The position numbers were made by a program, and so were the translations under genes. Below, in pieces: positions 50,422-61,112 of a DNA stretch of 64,000 nucleotides (the first letter of the stretch is position 1; each line of letters begins with the position of its first letter). The stretch lies in assembly GCA_965222115.1 (NCBI GenBank), contig CBDCTJ010000003.1:320001-384000 (forward strand). Reading direction: 5' to 3'. The notes under the pieces were generated by a model. It saw nothing but the letters and a program-made list of their open reading frames with translations. It made no database searches and had not been told where the DNA came from. The DNA comes from Planctomycetota bacterium. GTDB taxonomy: Bacteria > Planctomycetota > PLA2 > JAEUHO01.

Positions 50422-51666
50422 ATGAGGCCCCTCCATTTCCGCTACGTACTCATCGCATGCTTACTGGTCTTTCTGTTTGCAGCGAACGGGCTGGCCAAGG
50501 AGCCACCGACCGAGCCCAAAGCAAAGGGACCTGATGCAAAGGCAAACGATGATGCGGATGAACGCGCGAACGAACACGAGAAGGCGCATGCCCGCTTCAT
50601 TAAGCGCGTCAATGAAGCGATTGATCGTGGCGCGGCGTTCCTCAAAAAGACGCAGGGCAAAGACGGAACGTGGTCGGGCATACAATTTGGTGCCAACAAG
50701 AAGACGTGGACGCAAGGGGAACATGCGCTGGCACTGCTAACCATGCTGAAGTGCGGGGTTTCGCGTAACGATCCCGCAGTACGAAAGGGCATGAAGGTAC
50801 TTTCGAATACACCGACCACGTCACACCACACCTATGAACACGCCGTGCGAGCGATGCTCTACGACGCACTGGGTACAAAGCGACATACCCGTGAAGCGCG
50901 CGCCTGGTTTGAGACAACGCAGCGAGAACAAGCGTGGCGATATGGTCGCGCCACGCCTCACAAGACCCCCGAGGACATGTCCTGTACGCAGTACGCACTG
51001 CTGGCGATCTGGACATTGGCTCAAAACGGAAAGCGCATGAAGCCCGAGCGACTTCGCCGCGCATTGACCTACCTCTTGAACACGCAAGAGACGGATGGCC
51101 CGGAAGTGCCGGTGTACGTAGAGAATCCCACATGGAAACCGGGCGGGCGCTATGAGCGGTTCTTCAAGTCGGGAAAGATCAAAGCGCGAGGGTGGGGCTA
51201 CACAGCGCCCAAGTCTACGACCGGTGCCATGACCGTTGCGGGCATCGCCTCGCTTGCAATCGTCAAGGACTTGCTGGCCGCAGAGAAAGGCAAGCACACA
51301 CTGACTGCGACGGAGCGTCGCCAAATCGACAAGGCCCTACGCTCCGGAATCGCATGGTTGAGTCACAATTTCTCGGTATCCACAAATCCCCGAGCCGGCG
51401 CTTCGTGGCACTACTACTACCTCTATGGCCTGGAACGCGTGGGCACCTTGCTCGGACTCAAAACCATCGGTAAGTACGACTGGTACCGACGCGGTGCCGA
51501 ATACCTACTTGGCAAACAGGGCAAGTCCGGTTCGTGGCCTGCCAACGGCCAAAATCACGGCTACCAATCGCGACTCGTGAACACCTGCTTTGCGCTGCTC
51601 TTCCTCAAGCGCGCAACGGTGCCACCACGCAAGCCATTGGCGCCACCGGCAACTACGGGTGGCTAA
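50422..51666 (+). CDS. Secreted prenyltransferase/squalene-oxidase-repeat protein
   Basis: AIDRGAAFLKKTQGKDGTW, DMSCTQYALL, GWGY, YYYLYGLERVG, QGKSGSW, TCFALLFL. Confidence 0.8.
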   Translation: MRPLHFRYVLIACLLVFLFAANGLAKEPPTEPKAKGPDAKANDDADERANEHEKAHARFIKRVNEAIDRGAAFLKKTQGKDGTWSGIQFGANKKTWTQGEHALALLTMLKCGVSRNDPAVRKGMKVLSNTPTTSHHTYEHAVRAMLYDALGTKRHTREARAWFETTQREQAWRYGRATPHKTPEDMSCTQYALLAIWTLAQNGKRMKPERLRRALTYLLNTQETDGPEVPVYVENPTWKPGGRYERFFKSGKIKARGWGYTAPKSTTGAMTVAGIASLAIVKDLLAAEKGKHTLTATERRQIDKALRSGIAWLSHNFSVSTNPRAGASWHYYYLYGLERVGTLLGLKTIGKYDWYRRGAEYLLGKQGKSGSWPANGQNHGYQSRLVNTCFALLFLKRATVPPRKPLAPPATTGG

Positions 51667-52514
51667 GACGACACCTTCACAACCGCACCAGCCGTAACTT
51701 CAATCGTCTGGCTTGTTTTTCGGTCAGTGTCTTCGTTAGTGATGTCCACGCGGTAGGAGCCGGGTCGCAGATGGACCGTCCACGCCTCGCGGCCCTCCTT
51801 GGTGTAGCTGTAGGCCACGCGCACGTTCTTTCCTTTGACGCGTTGAAAGAACTCAAACTTTGCCTTACGTATCCCAAGGGCCGTGCAAACGACATGGCCA
51901 AATTCCACGGGAATTCTGAGCGGAGCTTTCGTGCTTAGTGTTACCGATCGTTCAATCGTGTTATCGAACTCGTCGCTGCCAGAAAAGACAACGCGCAGGT
52001 CGCCAGGAAACAGGACTACGACTACATTCTTTCGCTTGCCTTTGGTGTATCCGTAAAACACGCGCTCCTTACCTCGGAACACCTCGACCTTGCAGTGAAG
52101 CGGCGCGCCCCCCACCGTGCGAGGCGCTGCAATGATCTTGCCCAATGAAAGGTCAACCGGAGCCAGTTCACTTTGCTTGACGGTGAGGTCTACATTCCGT
52201 TTGTCACTCGTGTCATCGGGACCGATGACGAGACGCCACTCGCCCGGCTCAAGGGCAAAGGACTTGTTTCGCTGGCCCTTCTTGAGATAGCCGTACGTCT
52301 GCCGTTTCCCGAGCTTCACGGTCATCTCGTCGGTTTCTTCATCGACGATGCGTTTGAGAATGGGATAGGCCTCCACTTTGATGCGCGCACCGCTCTCGCC
52401 GGGCCATGCCACGGCCACAGTCACGCCAGTCGTAATCTCGTCGTCCCCCTTCGCATGGACGAACGCGGTCGCGCTCAGTGCAAAGACGACCGCAGCCAGC
52501 ATCGCAATTCGCAT
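51663..52514 (-). CDS. Secreted protein with three tandem beta-sandwich repeats
   Basis: Signal peptide; three YGY/YSY..(L/F/R)PG.(W/L/Y)R repeats. Confidence 0.65.
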   Translation of the reverse strand: MRIAMLAAVVFALSATAFVHAKGDDEITTGVTVAVAWPGESGARIKVEAYPILKRIVDEETDEMTVKLGKRQTYGYLKKGQRNKSFALEPGEWRLVIGPDDTSDKRNVDLTVKQSELAPVDLSLGKIIAAPRTVGGAPLHCKVEVFRGKERVFYGYTKGKRKNVVVVLFPGDLRVVFSGSDEFDNTIERSVTLSTKAPLRIPVEFGHVVCTALGIRKAKFEFFQRVKGKNVRVAYSYTKEGREAWTVHLRPGSYRVDITNEDTDRKTSQTIEVTAGAVVKVSS

Positions 52515-52847
52515 GATGTTCTCCCTTTCGGTGCCTAATGACGCACATTACCACGTTTGAGGCGGAATCCGTACCGGGTCGCCTTGACAGCCCCCACGGG
52601 TAGGCCGCATAGTAGGGGGTTCACGTGGATGCCTCAAAGGCGGGCCATTTTGCCCGTCTTTTTTCGTGTCCACGTTGTACAGCCCCTCTCCAAGGAGACC
52701 CGAAACAACATCGAAAACGCTGGAGTCATGGCGCATTTGACGGTGCCGCCACCAGCAAACGCCCGATCACCACTACCCGATTTCGTGCAAGCTTCCGTTT
52801 GACCGATGGCCTCGATCCATCCGCGCGCAAGTTTGCGAAGGACACCC

Positions 52848-53957
52848 ATGGACCCCGCCGACATCCTACGCTTCGCCGACGTTGTGCACCGCGACCGCGG
52901 TATCCCCAAAGAGATTGTCTTTGGCGCGATTGAACAGGGATTGCTCACTGCCGCCCGCCGCCGTTTCGGCGAAGACGCGGTGATCGAAGTTCGACTGGAT
53001 CGACGCACCGGTGAAATCTCATGCGTCGTCAACGGCAAGCAACACACCATGGAGTTTGGTCGCATCGCGGCACAAACGGCCCGGCAGGTCATGAATCAGA
53101 AGTTTCGCGAGGCGGAACGCGACAAGCATCTTGAAGAGTTTGATCGCCGCTTGAACTCGATCGTGACGGGAACGATTCAGCGCATCGAAGGTGGCAACCT
53201 CATCGTCAACATGGGCCGCGTGGATGGCATCGTGCCTCGCTCGGAGCAAATCCGAAACGAGATCTTCAAGGTGGGTGATCGTATTCGTGCCTTCCTCTTT
53301 GAAGTGCGACCCATGGGTCAGCGTGTGCGCATTGTGTTGTCGCGCAGTCGCCCCGAGTTTGTTGCCAAGCTCTTCGAACTCGAAGTGCCCGAGATTGGCG
53401 ATGGCGTGATTCAGATTCGCCGGATTGAGCGCGAAGCGGGCTACAAGACCAAGCTCGCCGTCGAATCGACCGACTCCCGGGTGGATCCCATTGGTGCGTG
53501 TGTGGGCGTACGCGGATCACGTATCAAGAACGTGATTGAAGAACTGAGCCACCAAGAGAAGATCGACATCCTGCCCTTTGAGGAGCAGCCTGAGTTGATG
53601 ATTGCCGCGGCGCTCAAGCCCGCCCACATCAATACAATTACGCTCAACTACGACACCAACTCAGCGGACGTCATCGTGGATCGCGACCAGCTTTCGCTCG
53701 CCATCGGCCGACGCGGAGCCAACGTGCGTCTGGCCTCCCGACTATCCGGATGGGAGATCAACATTTCCGGTGAAGAGGCAGAAGCCGACGCAACCACGGC
53801 GGAGGCCTCAGACGCCAAGCCAGTGAATGATGAATCCGAAGCGGCGCCCGCGGCGGAGGCGCCCCCATCCAGTCCTGAGATTGACGCACCGATTGACCCG
53901 TCCAGTGCGCCGCCCGAGCCACCCATGGAAGAGGCCGCCACGCCGCCCGGTTCATAG
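52848..53957 (+). CDS. nusA: Transcription termination factor NusA
   Basis: FGRIAAQTARQV, S1 domain, LEVPEI, GACVGVRGSRI, LAIGRRGANVRLA. Confidence 0.96.
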   Translation: MDPADILRFADVVHRDRGIPKEIVFGAIEQGLLTAARRRFGEDAVIEVRLDRRTGEISCVVNGKQHTMEFGRIAAQTARQVMNQKFREAERDKHLEEFDRRLNSIVTGTIQRIEGGNLIVNMGRVDGIVPRSEQIRNEIFKVGDRIRAFLFEVRPMGQRVRIVLSRSRPEFVAKLFELEVPEIGDGVIQIRRIEREAGYKTKLAVESTDSRVDPIGACVGVRGSRIKNVIEELSHQEKIDILPFEEQPELMIAAALKPAHINTITLNYDTNSADVIVDRDQLSLAIGRRGANVRLASRLSGWEINISGEEAEADATTAEASDAKPVNDESEAAPAAEAPPSSPEIDAPIDPSSAPPEPPMEEAATPPGS

Positions 53958-54178
53958 CCGCCTCCGGCGTACGCTTGAGAAGGGGTTGCGCGCCGCATGG
54001 GTCGAGCGACTACGCGAAATGGGGATGCGATTCATCGCGATGGCCGCCACCCTCGGTTTCGTGGGCGGTGTGCACGCGTGTCCGGTACTATTTCGGGCTT
54101 GCGGTCGGCGCAACGCGACCGAAGAAAAACGATAGGTCTGGCACCCTTTGCGGGGTCGCCTCGGAGTTCCCCTTCCCT

Positions 54179-56704
54179 TTGGCCAAACGCTTCTATCAAA
54201 TCGCATTCGAGCTCGGTGTCCGTCCTCGGAAGTTCATTCGTGAACTGTCGGGTCTCGGTCTGTCCGTGGGCAATCAGATGGTTGTCATCACCGATGAACT
54301 CGAAGAACGCATCCACGACATTTTCAAGATCTCTCGTGGCGATGGCGGCGGAGAAGAAACGGGCGGAAATGGGCAAGCAACCGTCGCCGACGAACGAGAC
54401 GCCGCGTCGGTAGCCGAATCGGTCCCTCCGATTGCCACCGAAACGCCCGTCGTCGTGCAAGGGCCAGAGGCCATCCCCCAACCGCAAGAAGAGGACGTGT
54501 CTCAACCGGTGGAGGACGAAGCGGTCCGACCCGCGGCCGCTGCACAGGCAACCGACACCGACACGCCGTCCACGACCGATGAAAAGCGTGGACGACGCAT
54601 TGAAGACCGCCGTCCTCAGGGTGAGCTGATTCCAACCATTGATCCGCGCATTGGCGGGCTCGTGCAAGATGCGCGCCCTGGCATGCCCATTCCAGGTGTT
54701 ACGGCACCGCGCACGCCGCGGGGTCGTGGAGCACCGGGCACGCCCACCACAACACCCGGATACGAACGCGCGCCAGGCGTCACGCGCGACGGACGCACGC
54801 GCCGCGCACCCACGGGCAACCGTTGGGGTGGACGCAAGGGCAGCCGCACGTTCGATCTGCGCCACCGTCGCGGCGGTCGTCGCCGTGGTTCCAAGCGACC
54901 GGCAGCGCCAAAGATCCATCCCGAAAGCGTCGATGTATCGCTGCCCATCACGGTGAAGAAGTTCGGTGAGGTGACGCTGTACAAGGCGGCCGAAATCATC
55001 AAGGTGCTGTTCAAAGAGCACAAGATGATGCTCACGCCCAACAGTTCGCTCGACAAAGAGACGCTGGAAATCCTCGGCATTGAGCTTGGCATCGACGTCA
55101 ACTTCGTAACGAAGGAAACGGCCGAAGAAGGCTTGATCAAAGCCATGGCCGCCACGCGCGAAGGCGTCGAGATTCGCTCTCGCCCGCCCGTAGTAGCGAT
55201 CCTGGGTCACGTCGATCACGGTAAGACCACGTTGCTCGACAACATTCGGCAATCCGATGTCGCGGGGCGCGAGTCGGGTGGCATCACGCAGCATATTGGC
55301 GCAAGCCAAGTCACGTTGGAAGACGGTCGCAAGGTCACCTTCCTCGACACGCCGGGTCACGAAGCATTTACGGAGATGCGCGCACGTGGCGCCACCGTCA
55401 CCGATGTAGTGGTGTTGATCGTGGCGGGCGACGATGGCGTTATGCCCCAAACGGTCGAAGCCATTAGCCACGCCAAGGCCGCGGGTGTAGAGATCGTTGT
55501 CGCGGTTACGAAAATCGATAAAGACGGCGCCAACATTGAGCGCGTCAAGCAACAGCTCACCGAGCACGAGATTTACGTCGAGGGCTACGGCGGCGACATT
55601 TCTCTCTTCGGCGTCTCCGGCATTACGGGAGAGGGCGTCAAGGACTTGCTTGAGCACATCGCGCTTATGGCCGAGGTGGACGCCGACAAGTTCAGCGCCG
55701 CCTTCGAAGGTCCCGCGGAAGGCGTGGTCATCGAAAGCCAAAACAGTCCGCGTCGCGGTGTACTGGCAACTGTGCTCGTGCAGCAGGGAACGCTCAAGAA
55801 GGGCGACCCCGTACTCGTAGGCGATGCGTTTGGAACCGTCCGTGCCATGTTCAACGATCGTGGATCGGCGGTCCGCAAGGCCGAGCCGGGTGATCCCGTA
55901 GAGGTCGTTGGTCTGGACCGCGCACCCGTAGCCGGTTCGCGACTCTATGTGGCCAAGAGTACCACCAAGGCCAAGGACATCGCCGACACGCGCCGTCAGC
56001 GTCAGCGCGAACTCGACGCCGCGGCTAAGTCAAAGCCCGCATCGGTGGAGAGTCTGTTCGAGTCGATCGCAAGCTCAAAGGTGACCGAAGTCAACCTCGT
56101 TGTGAAAGCCGACGTAAGCGGCTCACTCGAACCCCTCAAACGCGTACTCAATCGCTTGAGCTTCGAGGACGAAGTGCGCGTCAACATCGTCCATTCGGCG
56201 GTCGGTGCCATCAACGACTCCGACGTCGTGCTTGCCGCAGCTTCGGGTGCCACAGTCATTGGTTTCCATGTAGACGTCGACTCCAAAGCCCGTGAACGCG
56301 CCAAGCGCTCGCAGGTAGACATTCGTTCCTACAAGATCATTTACGACATCGAAAATGACGTGCGCGACATGGTCGAGGGCAAGCTCGCTCCCGAACTCGA
56401 AGAAGTCATCTTGGGCCACGCCGAGGTACTCGCCATCTTCCGGTTCTCCAAGATCGGTAACATCGCGGGTTGCCGCGTGAAGGACGGCATTCTCAAGCGC
56501 GAATGCAAGGTGCGCGTGTTCCGTGGCGAAGAGCAAATCCACGAAGGCGAGCTTGCCACGCTGCGGCGCGAAAAGGACGAGGTCAAGGAAGTGCGCGAAG
56601 GGTTTGAGTGCGGCTTGACAGTCAAGAACTGGGACGAGTTCGAAGAAGCCGACCGCATTGAAGCCTTTGAGATCATCGCCAAGAAGCGCACCATCAAGCG
56701 CTAG
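54179..56704 (+). CDS. infB: Translation initiation factor IF-2
   Basis: [41 protein letters not shown]; TTG start with GGAG RBS. Confidence 0.97.
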   Translation: MAKRFYQIAFELGVRPRKFIRELSGLGLSVGNQMVVITDELEERIHDIFKISRGDGGGEETGGNGQATVADERDAASVAESVPPIATETPVVVQGPEAIPQPQEEDVSQPVEDEAVRPAAAAQATDTDTPSTTDEKRGRRIEDRRPQGELIPTIDPRIGGLVQDARPGMPIPGVTAPRTPRGRGAPGTPTTTPGYERAPGVTRDGRTRRAPTGNRWGGRKGSRTFDLRHRRGGRRRGSKRPAAPKIHPESVDVSLPITVKKFGEVTLYKAAEIIKVLFKEHKMMLTPNSSLDKETLEILGIELGIDVNFVTKETAEEGLIKAMAATREGVEIRSRPPVVAILGHVDHGKTTLLDNIRQSDVAGRESGGITQHIGASQVTLEDGRKVTFLDTPGHEAFTEMRARGATVTDVVVLIVAGDDGVMPQTVEAISHAKAAGVEIVVAVTKIDKDGANIERVKQQLTEHEIYVEGYGGDISLFGVSGITGEGVKDLLEHIALMAEVDADKFSAAFEGPAEGVVIESQNSPRRGVLATVLVQQGTLKKGDPVLVGDAFGTVRAMFNDRGSAVRKAEPGDPVEVVGLDRAPVAGSRLYVAKSTTKAKDIADTRRQRQRELDAAAKSKPASVESLFESIASSKVTEVNLVVKADVSGSLEPLKRVLNRLSFEDEVRVNIVHSAVGAINDSDVVLAAASGATVIGFHVDVDSKARERAKRSQVDIRSYKIIYDIENDVRDMVEGKLAPELEEVILGHAEVLAIFRFSKIGNIAGCRVKDGILKRECKVRVFRGEEQIHEGELATLRREKDEVKEVREGFECGLTVKNWDEFEEADRIEAFEIIAKKRTIKR

Positions 56705-56727
56705 GCGCTAAGCAAAGTCGATCCAAA

Positions 56728-57168
56728 ATGGCCAAGCCCCGACGCATCCTCCGTCTGCAACAACTTATTCTTGAAGTCGCCGCGCAGACCTTGCAACGCG
56801 AGATTCAGGATCCGCGCCTCGGTGCGGGCCTCGTGAGCATCACCCGCATCAAGCTATCGCCCGACTTAAGCCGTGCGCAGATCTACTGGTCGTGCCTAGG
56901 CTCCGAAGGCCAGCAGCGCACCACCGAGCGCGGCCTGGAAGACGCCCTGCCCGTCATTCAACGCGCCGTAGCTCGCGCCCTCACTACCCGCGTCACCCCC
57001 AAGCTCTCCCTCCACCGCGACGACACCATGGAAAAGGCCGCGCGCCTGGAAGAGATCTTCCACAAGCTGAAAGTGGAACGGGGGGATGTGCCCGACACGG
57101 CTGCCGAAGAATCAAGCGCGGATGCGTCAACTGAGAACGCCCCTACCGACGGAGCAAGTTCCGACTAG
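56728..57168 (+). CDS. rbfA: 30S ribosome-binding factor A
   Basis: IQDPRL, SITRIKLSPDL, RVTPKL; follows infB. Confidence 0.93.
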   Translation: MAKPRRILRLQQLILEVAAQTLQREIQDPRLGAGLVSITRIKLSPDLSRAQIYWSCLGSEGQQRTTERGLEDALPVIQRAVARALTTRVTPKLSLHRDDTMEKAARLEEIFHKLKVERGDVPDTAAEESSADASTENAPTDGASSD

Positions 57169-57370
57169 ATTTTCTGCTGGCGATGAATCCTCGATCTTGC
57201 CATGAGTCGATCACACTTCGAACGACGGGTAGGTTGTGGCGTTCTTCGCGCTATGTAAACGCCATTTGCAACGTAGACGACTCCCGCCCTTTAGCGTGGG
57301 GGGCCTTGGGGATTCCATCTCCCAGATAAACACGTGATCAAACTCACGCCACACGTCGCAACGAAATACA

Positions 57371-57448
57371 TGGGGTGAGTAACGGGATTCGAACCCGCGA
57401 CCTCCGGAACCACAATCCGGCGCTCTAACCAACTGAGCTATACTCACC
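57371..57448 (-). tRNA. tRNA-His (GTG)
   Basis: G-GTGAGTATAGCTCAGTTGGTTAGAGCGCCGGATTGTGGTTCCGGAGGTCGCGGGTTCGAATCCCGTTACTCACCCCA, with G-1 and CCA. Confidence 0.98.
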
Positions 57449-57541
57449 GAGGTGCGATTGGAGAATATGCCTTAGTACGGGGGCGGGAAGTAATTTTGGG
57501 ATCGCAATCTTGCTCATGAGGGCAGACGCGACGCCAAATGC

Positions 57542-58102
57542 CTAGTTCGAGCCTCGATTTCGCATGGGCTGAGGAACCATCACCTGTTTTCCCCACGCCA
57601 ACCACGCCGCAACAAGTGACAGACCGAGCGCGACGGCGGCCCCCACCATCGTGAGCCAAATACCGATATGGTGTTCGCTGAGATAGGTGGTAATGACAAG
57701 GCCCTCCTTGACCGTACGGGCGCCTAGCTTGTCCATGGAATGAGCGGTGACCGTCATCCATAGTGCAAGTGCAAAGAAGCACGCGGCATAGAGCACGGGG
57801 CGCACACCAATCGGTCGCGACGAATGGCGCGGTCCATAGAGCGCGAATAGACAGAGGAGCGCGCCGGCAGCCGCGCACAGCCCAACAAACGTACCTCTTA
57901 GACTTGACCCCCATCCCCGAAGCATTGCCGTCCACGTGTGCGTCGGTAGCTGAGAAGCGATCTCTTCTGGAAGCTCGCTGGCGCGCAGTTCATATGTGGC
58001 CCAGGGCAGAAACGTAGCGCCCAGAATGGCCAAACCGAATACGAATGCGGCCACAGACAAGGTGCGAACGATCATCGAGGCACTCGCAGGCTTGTAAGGC
58101 AT
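57542..58102 (-). CDS. Hypothetical four-TM membrane protein
   Basis: Four hydrophobic segments; FLPW motif after TM1. Confidence 0.65.
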   Translation of the reverse strand: MPYKPASASMIVRTLSVAAFVFGLAILGATFLPWATYELRASELPEEIASQLPTHTWTAMLRGWGSSLRGTFVGLCAAAGALLCLFALYGPRHSSRPIGVRPVLYAACFFALALWMTVTAHSMDKLGARTVKEGLVITTYLSEHHIGIWLTMVGAAVALGLSLVAAWLAWGKQVMVPQPMRNRGSN

Positions 58103-58281
58103 TGAAGATTGACTGCGGCCATTGATTGGGCTCCAAGGGCTGCTAACCCTACTTACAAAGAGTCCAAAAAATAAAACACGAATCGCGTGCCAGCTTGAAA
58201 TTCGAAGGCTAGACTTCCTAGAAGTCGAGTTGCAGCTCGGCTCGGGTAGACAGACCTTAGGGATGTGGTGTGTCGCTCAGC

Positions 58282-58320
58282 GGGAGGCGTTGGACTCAGT
58301 CCAGCGCCTCCCATTTTTTT
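58282..58320 (+). terminator. Intrinsic terminator in the crcB leader
   Basis: GGGAGGCGTTGGAC-TCA-GTCCAGCGCCTCCC followed by ATTTTTTT. Confidence 0.8.
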
Positions 58321-58437
58321 GGGCCACCTTATCTGCCTTCTCCGTTCCGGAAACTGAATCTCAATCCTTCGCCTCACCTTTCTCCTTCTCTACTCCACCT
58401 CCCCACCGATCATGCCCACATCGTCAGGAGGCACACC

Positions 58438-58794
58438 ATGTCGTCTTTTCTATGGGTCGCGCTAGGAGGCGCTGCGGGTTCGGCCATGCGTCACGCCATG
58501 AACGCTCTCATTGGAAAGGGCTACACCATTCCTGTCGCCACATTACTCGTAAACGTGATCGGTTGCATGGTCATCGGCTATTTGGCGACGCGCCTTGGCC
58601 GTCTCCCAAGCGCCGACACATGGCGTCCTTTGCTTATCACAGGGCTACTGGGCGGCTTCACCACCTATAGCGCATTCGGCTTGGAGTCGGTGGAGCTTCT
58701 GCAGCAAGGCAAGACCGCGATGGCCTTGATGCACATCGGCCTTCATCTCATGCTCGGGCTAGGCGCCGTCGTCGTTGGCATGAAACTCGCCTAA
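58438..58794 (+). CDS. crcB: Fluoride efflux channel Fluc/CrcB
   Basis: GGAAGSAMR, TLLVNVIG, TGLLGGFTTYSAF; AGGAGG RBS. Confidence 0.95.
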   Translation: MSSFLWVALGGAAGSAMRHAMNALIGKGYTIPVATLLVNVIGCMVIGYLATRLGRLPSADTWRPLLITGLLGGFTTYSAFGLESVELLQQGKTAMALMHIGLHLMLGLGAVVVGMKLA

Positions 58795-58800
58795 AATTCA

Positions 58801-58867
58801 CAATTAGTGCCGGGAGCAAATTGGGGAAGTTACGCAAGTCCACCAATTGGTGCCGGGAGCAAAATGG
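58801..58867. repeat. Two 24-bp direct repeats (REP-like)
   Basis: caattagtgccgggagcaaattgg (58801) and caattggtgccgggagcaaaatgg (58844). Confidence 0.85.
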
Positions 58868-58877
58868 CGAGTTCGGG

Positions 58878-59363
58878 TTATTCAGCCGTCACCATCCGCA
58901 ACGGTACTTCCGTGGCGTGGACACCGGTTCCGACGTTTGCGCAATAGCGCACCACAGCATCGAGCGTGCGATCCGTGGGAAACTGGACAACCCACGTGCG
59001 TTCGATCAACGCATCCGCGGAGACATCCTCAACCTGTTTGCCTTCGTGGATGTCACAGCCAAGTGGCAACACCAGTTCAAGTCGGCATCCCGTGTTGGGC
59101 TGCGGGTGCACACGCACGCTGATTCGCACGCGATCCTCAGCAATTCGTTCGGTAACTGCAGCTTCGACGAGTCCGAGGCCAGGCGCTGGCTTTCCTTGAC
59201 GCCATTTGACCTGTTCCTTGCTCATCGGTGAATGCCTAGTATTCGAATGTGTAGTCTTCGCTGGCTTGTCGAACAGCAGCATTGCAAGCGCAGCTGCGAG
59301 TGGAACGAGTGCATAGATCGCAATACGTTTCCAGGCGCGACGTGACTCTCCTTTGTCCGCCAT
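58878..59363 (-). CDS. Hypothetical membrane-anchored protein
   Basis: N-terminal TM; starts 2 nt after the upstream stop. Confidence 0.6.
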   Translation of the reverse strand: MADKGESRRAWKRIAIYALVPLAAALAMLLFDKPAKTTHSNTRHSPMSKEQVKWRQGKPAPGLGLVEAAVTERIAEDRVRISVRVHPQPNTGCRLELVLPLGCDIHEGKQVEDVSADALIERTWVVQFPTDRTLDAVVRYCANVGTGVHATEVPLRMVTAE

Positions 59364-59365
59364 CG

Positions 59366-61006
59366 TTAGTTGACCTCCAACGTGTAGTCGGCGCGGTTAC
59401 CAGTGACGGCTTCCACTACGATGATGTACTCACCCGCCGTGAGCGAAGTGGGGCCAATCGACTCACTCGCGGCGCCCGGGTTGCGAGACGATGCGACAGC
59501 ATTTACGACATCTGTGTTTCGAAATAGGTATAGGTCCAGATTGTCGCCGCTACCCGCGATGGATGAAATCGTCAGATCTATCGTAACGGTCGATCCAACG
59601 GGAACGCTCAAGCGGTACCACGCTGAAGCGGCAAGCGTATTCGTTCCGGGAACGTTCATCGTTGAGAGCCGCGCGTCGCATGTACCGCTATCGGAGCCAC
59701 CCACGGCGATGGGCGTGGGCCATACGTCGCCGCCGACCAACGGGTATGTGATGCCCTGTGGCTCAGGTGCAATCATGAGTGCGCCAATCTGGCCGGCGGT
59801 GAGACTCGTCCCACTCTCGATTCGTTGCAAGAACGCGCCCACATAGGCGCCATCGGTAAAGGGATCGATCGCCATCATTGCTGCGTAGAGATCGGAGAGC
59901 GGCAAAGCGATCGCATCTCCATCGGTATCCGCAATCCCCCCCGCACCATCACCCAAGTCCCATACGATCTCCGCGCACGTAAGCTCACCGCCAATTCCCG
60001 TTGGATCTTGTGTTACCGCGTTCTCAACATCGAATGCGAAACTGATACCGCCGTTGGTCGACATGGAGTCGACGTAGAGCGAATCGGCAAGCAGCAGACA
60101 GCCGAAGCCCGTGGCCTGCCCCTCACTCCAAGCGAAGGCGGGCTCCAAACGTTCTCCCGCATGCGGCCCACCGCGACTTTGGCTGTGAGACGTGGAACGC
60201 TCGACGAAATGGCCAAACTCATGCGCCAACACCGCGTCGTCAAAGTAGTCGGTGTCGGTTGTATCCTCAGAGCCCGCAGCGCCTCCAAGAATGGAAATCG
60301 AACGACGAGCGTGACTGTAGGCGCTACTGCCACCGATGGCGGCGTTGTTGCCAAGCATGCAATAGACATGCAACTCGGGAAGCGTGATACTCGCAGCAGC
60401 ATTGACTTGTGCGGCACACGTGAGCATCACGTCGAGAATGCCAAACCCAATCGACGGGCGCACGGCACCTGTGCCATAGGGAATATCAACGTCCACGGTT
60501 TGATTGCCTGTGGCGGAAAACCCATCAACTTCATGCGTGTGTACCGCGTTGTTGTCGTGAATCGTGCCGGACGGCGGATTGCGATTGTGAACGGTAATCT
60601 CAAAGTCGGTGTGTTCGCTGGTTCGGCTCAACAAGACGACTTTGAGCGGCTCGCCCGTGGGCGGCAACACGACCAGTGAGTAGTGCCCGTTGGCATCCGT
60701 GTGGTCACGTCCGTAACAGACGTCACTCACCGCGTGCCGAATCTCGACATCGGCAAAACGTGCATCGCGCATCTCGGTGGTCGGCCCAATTCCCGTGGGC
60801 GAAAGTACGAGTCGCTCGTAACGCACATCGCCTTCGATGGTGATCGGCGGTCCACCCGCGTTGGCACACGACGGAAGCGGCGGAGGTGGCTGCCCCGATA
60901 CGCCATCACCATCGCCCCCACCTGCGCCGCAGCCGGCAGGGAGTACGGCCAAGAAACCCAACAATACAAAAACAACCGGGCGAGCTGGGAAACAGTGCAG
61001 ACGCAT
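59366..61006 (-). CDS. Lipoprotein zinc metallopeptidase (HEXXH..E) with C-terminal PPC-like domain
   Basis: Lipobox PAGC; VLAHEFGHF, AWSEG; NLDLYL, GEYIIVV, DYTLEV. Confidence 0.75.
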   Translation of the reverse strand: MRLHCFPARPVVFVLLGFLAVLPAGCGAGGGDGDGVSGQPPPPLPSCANAGGPPITIEGDVRYERLVLSPTGIGPTTEMRDARFADVEIRHAVSDVCYGRDHTDANGHYSLVVLPPTGEPLKVVLLSRTSEHTDFEITVHNRNPPSGTIHDNNAVHTHEVDGFSATGNQTVDVDIPYGTGAVRPSIGFGILDVMLTCAAQVNAAASITLPELHVYCMLGNNAAIGGSSAYSHARRSISILGGAAGSEDTTDTDYFDDAVLAHEFGHFVERSTSHSQSRGGPHAGERLEPAFAWSEGQATGFGCLLLADSLYVDSMSTNGGISFAFDVENAVTQDPTGIGGELTCAEIVWDLGDGAGGIADTDGDAIALPLSDLYAAMMAIDPFTDGAYVGAFLQRIESGTSLTAGQIGALMIAPEPQGITYPLVGGDVWPTPIAVGGSDSGTCDARLSTMNVPGTNTLAASAWYRLSVPVGSTVTIDLTISSIAGSGDNLDLYLFRNTDVVNAVASSRNPGAASESIGPTSLTAGEYIIVVEAVTGNRADYTLEVN

Positions 61007-61112
61007 AGGTTCCTCATCGACCGTTCGTGAGCCCGGAAACACCGACTACTACTGTAGCCGGCTTTACGGGCAGCGGGACGCAGTCGAAATCGGGCCTGCC
61101 TTAGCCGGCCGA

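Noticed and set aside
54032-55741. 569-aa antisense ORF inside infB, and similar ones opposite dnaK, thiC, parE and the kinase
   Set aside because: Shadow ORFs expected from high-GC codon bias on the strand opposite conserved genes.
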